From NCBI GenBank assembly GCA_040954595.2, contig CM082597.2:3867924-3931923 (forward strand): 64,000 nt of DNA. The letters run 5' to 3'. Below, one piece after another: positions 1 to 11,111 of the stretch. The DNA comes from Balanoglossus misakiensis (lineage: Eukaryota > Animalia > Hemichordata). Made by a program: the position numbers and the translations under genes. Below the pieces are notes generated by a model. It was not told the origin of the DNA, searched no databases, and worked only from the letters and a program-made list of their open reading frames with translations. Numbering within the stretch: position 1 is the first letter of the stretch; each line of letters starts with the position of its first letter.

Positions 1-69
1 TCGCCGAGCTCCACACAGAGGATTGCAGGATTCTGGCCCCGGGGAAAGAGTTGCATCAAGGGAGAGCAT
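1..69 (+). CDS. SnoaL/DUF4440-like NTF2-fold protein, penultimate exon (5'-truncated by window edge)
   Basis: Frame from base 3 reads AELHTEDCRILAPGKELHQGRA, matching the family pattern a..YteD...l.PG.....GR..I. Ends at donor T|GTAGGT (phase 1). Confidence 0.75.
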
Positions 70-262
70 GTAGGTGATGTCTTTGCTGATGCCTTTACAG
101 ACTGAGTGAATGAGTGAATGATTTTTTTGGTTTGGTTGGTTGGCTGGCTGGCTGGCTGGATGGATTGGTGGACGAGTTGGGATGGGTGTATGTATTTTTG
201 GTTGGTTGGTTGGTTGTGTGGTTTTGTGGATGGATGGATGAATACATGGAGGGAGCGGGACA

Positions 263-421
263 GAATGAATGAATGAATGAATGAATGAATGAATGAATGA
301 ATGAATGAATGAATGAATGAATGAATGAATGAATGAATGAATGAATGAATGAATGAATGAATGAATGAATGAATGAATGAATGAATGAATGAATGAACGA
401 ACGAACGAACGAACGAACGAA
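263..421. repeat. (GAAT)n microsatellite changing to (GAAC)n, intronic
   Basis: Direct observation. Confidence 0.95.
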
Positions 422-855
422 TAATTATGGGTGCATTTTGACCACAAATGCCAAACAAAGAAATAGATCGCCAATCTGTACTTATAGTCAACTCGGCAGT
501 GCCAACCTGTTTCTCTCAACATCGTAAATACACAGACTAATGTATGTCCCCTAACCTACTGACCTCACGTGATGCAAATATCAGCGAGGTCTCTACCAAA
601 CACGTGTAGAGTCAGTTAACCATTTACATACAAAATAGAGGGGGTCAAACCAACGTACACAAAGATATCTTCTGAGTTGACACCTGTCAAACAAGATGAC
701 TTGTTTAAGCTTGCCCCAGCGAAAGATATTTAAGCAGTCTATCTACACCTTGAACGTAGCGAAATGTGCAAGGTCATAAATCGTCTTGCGTTGGAAAGAT
801 TGTACTTGGCGTCTAACTGATAATCGATAATCGAACCCTTTCTCTTTATAACCAG

Positions 856-1079
856 TTATTCTGAAAGCCTTAGAAGCCATAAAGTCATCGGGAGTTGCCA
901 AAATCGTCATCAAATCGGACGAAATCGGCGGTTCTGGCGACGTTGCCTACGAGAGCGGCGAAAGCACTTTCCTCAAGGACGACGGTACCGTCACGGAGAC
1001 CCGGAGGAACCTCGTCGTCTTCAAGAAAGTCGGTGGCGCTTATCTCATGCACAGCGTCTGCTTCAACTACAACAAATAG
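856..1079 (+). CDS. SnoaL/DUF4440-like NTF2-fold protein, last exon
   Basis: Acceptor tctctttataaccag, phase 1 compatible with exon 1-69. Reads (F)ILKALEAIKSSGVAKIVIKSDEIGGSGDVAYESGESTFLKDDGTVTETRRNLVVFKKVGGAYLMHSVCFNYNK*, with the GD.AYE.G...DG....VV.KK..G...FN pattern. AATAAA at 1407. Confidence 0.82.
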
Positions 1080-4000
1080 GCAGACGCCATGCCAAGCACG
1101 TGACCACAAACAAGATATATGTGCTACTGTATCAATAGAAATGTAGGTTAATGATTGCTTCAGATGCCGAACCGCATTCATGGATGTAATGCTCAAGTAA
1201 CATGAACACCTAAGGGAAGAACCATTAGATTTCTGGGGGGGGGGGTGGAGGATTTGGGTATATCAAGCAATTTTTCTATAGACATCTTACTTCTAAGGCA
1301 TTGCAGAAGAATTCTTTTCTATGTACCATCTACCAGCGACTTTTTTTCCCAAATTCCACCACCACCCCCCGAAAACAAACGTTTCTCTCCTAAGTTACAT
1401 TATATGAATAAAACAATATCACGGCAAGTGCGACCTATGACGTCATTTTAATAATTATGTAAAAAGGAAAGGTACAGTTACACGAGTCACGTGGTGTACA
1501 GGGTGATAAAAATCTTGAAAGGTAATAAAATGTCACTTCAAACTATTAAATACAGGAAATCTGCTATGACAATAAAAATATGGATATGCGTAATATGAAA
1601 CATTTCTTTAATGTAGAGGTATGAAACTGGAAAAGTCTTGTATCGGAGGGGAAATCCTGACAATATCGGAGCAATACATACATACAAGAAACAAGCTGAA
1701 TGCTTTATCTGTCTGTCAAAATGGCGTTGGAGAATTTGATAAGCTGTTCTTGCGGATGCAAAACACTGGGTCACATTAAACAGTGTCCAAATTGGGACAG
1801 GCAAGATATATACAACAGGGCGGATAAAATACTTGATTGGAGGTGAAGATATGTACATTCATCAGGTTACAATTGTTTTAATAGATGATTTTCCTTTCAA
1901 GGCGAGATCTCGTTAATTGCCTTAGCAACAGGGGGAAACAGACCTATGTTTTATACGATGCTTCAAGAATTTACATTCACCAACATAATACCAGATAACA
2001 AGAATTCGAAAATATCTGATGAAAGACTTTATCATCAATGTTACGACTAGAAAACAACTGTGTTTACTCTTGAAAAAGACAAGTTATTTTAAATTGTAGT
2101 ACATGTAATGGTAAAATGAAGAGTTTCATAAACTTACAACAGTGTATAAAAGTCCACATTTTGGCTCAGAAAATTGATACACCCAAGTATTCCATAATGA
2201 AACAAATTAATTGTTTATGTGCCTCTACTGTTAACCCCCAAAATCACAGCAGAGTCGAAACCACAAAATTTACGATGACACAGACAAAAAGTGTATGAAT
2301 TAAAGGGTATCAAAAATTTGAAAAAAATATCTTCAGTCATATAACCCAGATCTTCAAGATATTTAACTTCAATGATTATGTTTTAATGCACGTGTATACC
2401 ACAAGGCAATTGAAGGCAAAACAAAAAAATCGAAAATATGAGAAAGCGTTTAAGACTGATTTCCAAGGCGCACACTTAACTAGAAACAGGGATACTGAAG
2501 ACCATATCTGCTCAGTTTCCATGCTCTGAGAAATACTCTATGTTGTGTACATGCATTCTACCCCCGAGATATCGACGTACATGTCAATTTTTCATCTCTT
2601 TCCTATTTCCACCGCTTGCTGCGCGCGATGTCCACTATTGCCTCTTCGCCGCCATTTTGACATGATGTTGACTGTTAAGATGGCGGCGTAGTGACGTCAA
2701 CTAGTCACATGATTACCCATCCACGCCATCAAATATGTTATGGCTGCCTCGATGAAAACAGCGGCCACATTGGGGAGAGAGGCTAAGAAAGAAAACGTGC
2801 CAAACCACAGAGACATGTTGTAACAAAATCAAGTACTTATTGAAGTACATATTGGTCTGTTTCCTAAGAAATATGGACTAACCTGCAGCATGCCTGTCTC
2901 GTCTAAAAATTATATAGGATAAAAAGGCCCATCGTGCAGTTCGGCCAGTGGGACACAGAAGAAGACCGACCGGAAGTAGACAAAAACCGGAAAACGTGCC
3001 ACCTTGTAACAGGAAGTCAGCAGGTTCCGAACAGGAAATACTTTTCACGATTCTATATACACATCAAGTTCGTTGGGAAGAAACATACTGAAAAGACCAA
3101 GTGTACAAAATATACAATATCAAAGCGACCAAAGTGCTTGCTATATTAAAATGCTACCTTTCTTGAAATGTCACACAAAAAATTCTTCTTTGAAGCCACT
3201 TCTGAAAATATCAAAACATCCTTTCTCGAAATAATCCATCATGTTTACATGTCAACCACTTTGATATGATATACATTACAATCCAGTAACCCTTACATAC
3301 ATATCATATCATATCATGTATCTTACAATATGCTTACAAAATGTTGTCACGTGATTGAATGTGCAATACAATTTTTTCAATCTACTTACAAATGTACAAT
3401 CATCCGTATGAAATATTCATAATCATTCATAGAAAATAAAATCACACTAATACTTTCATTTTTCAATTATGTAATTAAAAAGTTTCTTTTATATTTTTGG
3501 TTTTGTTCTCGGAAGTTTAATTTTATCGAGGTTACCAACATCTAAGCAAACAATGTGGCGTCGATGTAAATATACTGTATGATTAAATTGAGCGAGTTAG
3601 AAATATAATCATGATATGTATTTTATGTCAGTCTTGTAAGCAGGATAAACATAGATGGTGCTTTTCCCTGGTGTTATGCCCTTCTTTTGGGTATTCTGAA
3701 AATGTCACCGTGTGCTTCGAATAAGCCACTTTCATGACCTCTACATGACCTTACACTTCTGTACCAAGACAAGAAATACATTTGGAAAGATATGAATGGT
3801 ATGCTAACAGCAAAGACAGAACTTTTGGCTATGAATATAACCTGACAATGAATATTCCAAACTACGATTATCAGCGGCCAAGATTTCATCTCTGGGTCCA
3901 ATTCATAATCCTGTAATTTGACCTTTGACACAATCATTAACAAAGAAGAACAAGAAGGTTATACCGAGAGGTAGTGGGTGGTTTATATGTCATACCTTTT

Positions 4001-4588
4001 ATGGAGAAATTTGAGAAAAACGCTATTGAAGAATTGTCATTTCGTGGAATATTCATAAAAAGTGCCAAAGAGAAGCTTAACCCAATATTTTAAAGGAAAC
4101 GCTATGTCAGCATAGAAAACTTTAGCATGGAGAGTGCAAGAAAGTGCTGACTTAGCATATTAAGATCATCCAACTTTAAAATACAACATAAAAATCAGAA
4201 ATATTCAAGTTTTAGAAGTTTGTGAGAATTTTCGTGTCTATAAGGTTTATAGCTAGTATTCATCCAATGTATGATCAGTGCCTGCCCTGTTGGTAGACAC
4301 CATGTTACAAGAATAGAATCAGACACACTTTCTATGCGCTAGTGGCAAATTCGTTACACGGAGTCAGTCACGTGATGGGTTTGTCGGAGAGGGCGTCCTA
4401 GGTACGGCAGAGGTGTGACATGGGAGTGCAAGAAAGTGTTGGTTTATACTACACTGTGTGACACCCAAGACATTTTGTAAAACTGTAAGGCCCTCAGAAG
4501 GACTTCCCCGGTCGAGTCTTGGGTTCTTCCTGTTGTTCAGGAATGTGCAGCAGAAGGTGAAGGAAGGTCAAGTCCGTACATCTCTTCT

Positions 4589-4627
4589 TCATTTGTCCTT
4601 GACCGCCAGGTGGTCCTTACGTTTCTT
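4589..4627 (-). CDS. PDE9A: PDE9A last exon
   Basis: [12 protein letters not shown]; acceptor ctctcacacag; phase 0. Confidence 0.75.
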   Translation of the reverse strand, partial: KKRKDHLAVKDK

Positions 4628-7600
4628 CTGTGTGAGAGAAAAACGAAAATGCTCAGCTATGGGGATAAATTTTACATTCAGGGTTCGACTTATGGAGAGT
4701 GAGAATAGTTTGATTCGTAGTCTTGTGAATTCTTTTTATCTTTCAACCCTTTCGATAAATTTTGCATGTGTTGTTTGTCCTGTGTCATGAGAATGTTGCC
4801 TGGCCAAGAAAACTCTCGTAGGGCCTCGTGAAGTCCAGAAACAGTCTATTATTTGCAGTGCACCTTCCATTTCAGATGTCACAACTGACGGGAGTGAATT
4901 TACCTGAGCTTTCACGGCGTCGTTGGTTTCTTCCTCCTTCAATTTCATTTCCTCGTAGTGTTCCTGCGCTTCTTGCAAGGGCTTCAACATCACGTCTTCG
5001 ATTTGGGAGAACAGCTGATAACAATATACAATCAATCATGTGGTTATACCGGTATGTAGCACATATAGGAGGCCATGTTTGATTTGGCAGACAATTGTGG
5101 TCGTATCGTAGGAAGGGGTATCATACAGCTTCAGCCAATACTAGTATGCAACGGGTCCCTATTGGAACGGGCGCCTCTAGCTGGCAATACATATGACATA
5201 AACATAGGCTGTATCAAGGTTAACCATGGCTGTATACTGAAGACACAATGTGAGGAAATTTGTGACACGTTCCATGCTCTCACCCACCTTGCATACTGCT
5301 TCAAACATGGGGATGAGTACGAATTTGATGAAACCTATTTGAGCTGTCGGTTTGGTCACTTTGTCCCTATCCATGAAAGGAGCCACTGGTAGACCTTCTG
5401 ATTTCTCTCTGTCACTCTGAAGAATAAACAGAACATTGCTAAGTATGGTACACACACGTTTGTAATTTTCTACACAGTGTGTCAACATCATAATTCCCAC
5501 CTCCAATAAACAAGAAAATATTATATGATACTCTACACCACCTACACTTCACCTCATATTACTAGTTTTCAGTAAATAATGAATAAGTCAAACTAACCAC
5601 AGTTGAAAAACACACAACAAATCTGCTATGCTCATAAAACGCTATCAGGCATGCGTTATTCTATTCATGCATATGGCGTCATATGGCAGCCATCTTGTCC
5701 CCAATCTGGGCAAGATGGCCAATAAACTGATGAGTAGCACGTCCCTTACCTGCATGAAATATTCCTCCAGCAAACAGTCAACCCAGGGCTCTGATATTTC
5801 CATTGGCCTGACTTCATTTGATATATCACAACATTTTATCAGGACCATTTTCAGCTGTAATATGAATGATTGGGGAGTTTATCAATTATATAATACTAAT
5901 ACTAAATGCCCTCACCTTGTCTCTGAGCTTAAATAGCTGAGTATTTTTAAACAGACATGATTGTCAAGGACAAGATGCTAGACCACTTAATGGCAGACTT
6001 AAAAGCATCGTAAGATTTGATACTCACTGAGTTCAGATGGTCTTCGTTGGAAAAGTCGAATCCATTTTCAACTTTAGCTTTGAAGGAGTCAACGATTTCA
6101 CTATGTCTGGCCATATCAGTGGCTAAGATCAGCATAATCATTCCCTGAAAATAGATAATGGAATGTCACAGGAGTTCAACATAGATGTATGTGATACAAA
6201 TTAAAAGTGGTTTTGCAAGAAGATCAGGTAAATAGTATTCATGCCTATAGTAAGTAAAGGTCTTCAATTAGTCAACATTATTACCTGACGTATCCTTTTG
6301 AAGAGGTCAATGTCAATGTTGCCAAAAATGTTGCATTCTGGTTGGCTTAGTATCTGGAATGCCACAGCACAGTGGTGGTTTTCCAGTGGGGAGATGTCGT
6401 TGTATCGAACAGCCAGTTCTGTCCTCGCGTTGATTTGGTATCTGTACACAAATATAAATAAACAATAATTATGTTGTATTCGAAAACTTGTTATTGTTGT
6501 TCCCCAAAAGCAAACTACACTTTTCCGAGACGGGTGATTTTCATCTTCATGAGCTATTTGCATACCCTCGCATTAGACCAAGCCTATTCACTGACTGACA
6601 ACAACTAGATTCATCCGCCAGACAGGCATGTGCAAACTCACGTGTTGTTGTAGCCCGGATGATCCAAATCGTGGCAGATGGCAGCGGTCAGCAGAACACC
6701 GATGTCGAACTGTGTCATTCTGGACTGCAGCTTACAAAGGTTGATCATTCCATACATCATTTGGGTAACACAGAAACAGTGCCGGAAGTTGTGGAATGGG
6801 TTGTTGCGGTAATTCTCTTGCACACACAGCTGAAAGAGATCGCAGAAAATAGTCCATTACGAATTGCAGTATGAAGTACATATTCCAAGGCATTATACGA
6901 GGACTTAAGAAAACTTTTTCTTCCTTCTTATTGTCATGCCATACCAACAGAAGCAAAATTTATAAATATCCTTAGTTCTCAACACCCCAGTACTATTATA
7001 AATTTATCCAAGTTTATTTTTTACAGTTTCAAACGAAGGGAAAATGTGTTACAAGATATTATAAATATGCAGTAATGTGTAATATATAGCTGACCTAAGT
7101 TAGTCTGTATGTTTACTGTATCGATTGTAAGGAAGGCTGGTGGCCTATATTTACCGAATAAACAATATATATTACAAGGCATTATGTCTGTTGTTATAGT
7201 AGTCATGGTTCAACACTGTATAGCAAACCAATATTCAATTCCTTTAGAGAGGGTAACAAGCATTGGCCAAACATTGTCCAAAAACTGAATGTTACACTTA
7301 CCAACCACCGTTTAAGTACAATTGGATTCATGTTGAATTCTTGTACAAGTCCAAGTTCATGGTACATGTGTTCTAGTAAACTTAACATCTGTGAATTCAA
7401 GCATACAAAACATCTAAGAACATAATACAAACTTTCATAACCGTCGAAAAGCAAGCGTCCACATAGGGTTGCAAATTTAAAATGTTTATGAAATTATAGT
7501 AATGTATTTGTTATACGAGATCTTTAGCAAGCATGTATAAGTGAAAGGGTGAGTGAGTTGTTGTTGTTATCGTTGTTGTTGATGATGGTGGTGATATTTA

Positions 7601-10600
7601 CCTCGTTTGATTCCCAATGCCATATATCAAAGGTCGGCCTCTTCAAATATTCTATTGTTTCCTGAGACAGTGTGTACTGAAATAAACGACACAGAAATTA
7701 ATAAACCATTTATCATTATTGGTGCGTGTATATATTTGACATATATGTATCACAGTCTGACCAACCAGGGTGGCTGTACTAACAGCAATTTTCACAATCA
7801 GACCAATCATTTTTGTGGCACTAACCGCCATTTTCACAGTCTGACCAATCAGCATTGTTGTAATAACCGCATTTTCACAACCTGACCAATCAGCATTGTT
7901 GTACTAACCTTTGGATACTTGGGGATATCCCGCTTGATACTGAGCTTCTTTTCATCGAGTCCACTGTAACTTTAGAAATAAAAATGAAATGAACTGATGT
8001 TACTAGGGAAAGAGAGGGTGATATTACCTATCCTTGTTTGCCACAGACTTATTCCCTGGAAGCTCTACAGAAGATCCTACGAAAGTGGTGAAAAGAATGC
8101 AACAAAAAGCACACTAAGAATGTTACGACTCCGGGGCAAGAAACAACCAGTAAGACACAGAGAATACTCAGCCAATAGTGACAACGTTCTAATGAGCTAA
8201 ATGCTCCTGTAACATTCTTGAAAAAACTCTTCAATTTTCAAGTTATTTTGTCATAAGTTTCTGGGTTTTTGCTCAATATTAGAGAGATAATCATTATTGG
8301 CTATGGTGTTTCTTGCCCCATATTTTAATAACGCCTAAAGCAGATGTTAATTAAAAGGAGAAATGAGGGGAAACTTGCTATCCTATGACACTTTAGTATT
8401 CTTGTTTTGCGTGAGCAATTCGTTGTGTTCAGCTTGTAGCATCAGCGGTCACTCAAGCTAAATCCACACCAGGTGGCATAGGTGTAACATGCAAATACTA
8501 TGATGACATAATCTCTTCCATGTATGCGAACAAATTGTGTCGTCGAAGCAATTTTATGTTACAGCTACTGCCTGGGTGAAACTGGTGTCATATAGACCAA
8601 CAATATATCATGTTTGGACAAAACAACATAATATACATAGTATAAGTATAACAATGTCAGAGGATTGCTACTGTGACCCCGTAATGGACATTGAAAAGCA
8701 TGTGCCTAGCCTAGCATTATAGATAATAAAAATTATAGATAATAAAAGAATTACTCTTCAGTAAAATGTATAGAAACATTACCAGTGTGTTTTTTTTTCA
8801 AAGGAGGTAATTTATCGCAGTAAGCTTGCTACCAGATGATCACACATAAAAAAAGGAATACACCATTTTCAGTGTTACAAAAGAAAAAAAGTTTTACCCT
8901 TCATCACATTTGGCATGGCGCCGTAACACAAGATACCAGTCGTGTGCGCGTGCTCCGTGACCTCCAACCTGAACCACGTGGTCAGGGTCGGAGGTCAATG
9001 AATACCTGAGCGCCCGCGCACGCCCGACTCTTCCAATCAAATAAAACGTGCTTAGTCATGGAATTTGAGGAAATCAAAACACACCAACAAATCCAGTAAA
9101 AATACAGCTGTTATTTTACTAAGACACCTAAAAAATATTTTATTAGGGGACCTAAAAACCCACACTTCTATTGTTTGTCTTGCATAGAGAGCGATCGCAC
9201 TTACTCAATCGATGATGGATCTGCCGTGCTGTCAGGGGCAACAGCGATGAAAAAGAACAAATCGATCAGGGTTAGAATTGGGATTGACAAAGAAGAGGTA
9301 GAGTTACTGCAATCGCGATTGCATCGTTCTGATTATCATTTATTATTATTATAATTGTTATTTTGGTTATTATATGTTATTATATTATAATTATTATTGT
9401 CTGTCAAAATACAGGGTAAGTATATTAAATAGAAATCTGAGATACTCGTACTATAGTAATGATCATGATGATCTTTATACGTATTGTAGTTTTGAGCCAA
9501 TATTTGACCAGTTATTAGATATTATAATGGCAAAACTTGTATGAGGAATATGAAAGCATAAAATGTCAATTTGAAATGATAAACAAAAACAAGACTGACG
9601 TAAGTTTAGCTTCTGCTCTTATCCACACATAGGGTAATCCCAATTCCCTGTTATTATTGTTAATCACACGTCACCGACAACAACAACAACAACAGCAACA
9701 ACAAAATAAACACGAACATTTACAACAACAACCATCTGCTGTGTGCCTTATATGTACTTGTACTGCACATATTTACTAAACGCAAGAAAAAAATTGATTA
9801 ACACTAAAACGAAAGAAGCGGTTATGAAAACACTATGCGGCAGTGTAAGTGCAAATCGCTCTGCTACGCTTAAAATTGCGCTGCACGCCGTGCCCATTAA
9901 AAGATACATCTTTTATCACATGAGTTATATTTTCCATAGTAATAAACTATCCCCTGGGATATTTGGTTCGTGCGCGAGAGGAGGGGGGTAAAGTCATTCA
10001 ATCAAAAGGAGCAACGGCGTGAGCTTGTTAGTATATGTTAGTGTACTACGTTACAATAGCAGTGTTATCGGTGTTGCCAATCCGTATACCCATAGTGTTA
10101 CCATAGTGCCTTTAAATATGCTGTGATTAGACAAGCGAATTAGCATTCTAGTCGTCAAATTATATTGACAACAACAATAATACTATGATACATTATATTA
10201 TATTATGTATTCATTGTTTTGATGTCATTAAAATTATTCCTGTTTTTGTCTTTGTTGTTGATGTTTTGTCGACTAGTATGGCTAATTCGCCTGTGCGGTA
10301 CTTCAAGTTGTTTTGGTTAGTATGAAATAAGCGCCCACACAGACAGAAGTCTTGGTAACCACCTTAAGAGTCTGTAAGCTCTACTTCTATTTTTTCATTA
10401 CTTTTGTGTTGTGTGTTAATTGCAGTTTCTTGATCTTGTTACCCTGATGGTCAACTTAACACCAGTATATGCGTAACAGCCGCTGTTATTGTTCACAAAG
10501 GATTTCAAGTCCAACAATAACAGCTGTGTGACTGCATATGTATGGAGTGTGTTGATAAGGCATTCAATAGACATTTCGAACAAGAAACTGCATTATCACT

Positions 10601-11080
10601 CAGGAAACACATGTTGCGAAAAAGGCAACACTCAACAAAAACGTACGGGAAGTAACTGCCACTTACTTCTTTACGGCTAGGAGTTGGTCCTTAATGTTAG
10701 ACAGCTCTTGTTTACATTTCTCAATTTCGACGGCTTTCAGACCTTCCACTGGAGGAAAAGAATGGGGAAAGAGGGAAAAATGTTGCGGGACAAGATTTTG
10801 ACATTATTTTAAGTTGAGAGGCTTGCGTTGAGCAAGGAACTATGGAGCAAGGAACTATGGAAGGAATATCATGTTACACATCTGTATTTAACATGGGACG
10901 ATAAAACAACTTGACGAATAGTTGATATTCCAAAACAGGTTTGAACATAAGGAAAACGCAGTTTGCTGTTTACTACAAAATGTGGAAAATGTTACATGGT
11001 ACAAGACGTGGAGTTACATCTGATCTGCCAAAGTGTACATACATACATACATACATACATACATACATACATACATACAT

Positions 11081-11111
<31 letters not shown>

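Noticed and set aside
885-1196. Protein-looking minus ORF (103 aa) and plus ORF 895-1146
   Set aside because: Shadow frames of the real + strand SnoaL/DUF4440 exon at 856-1079
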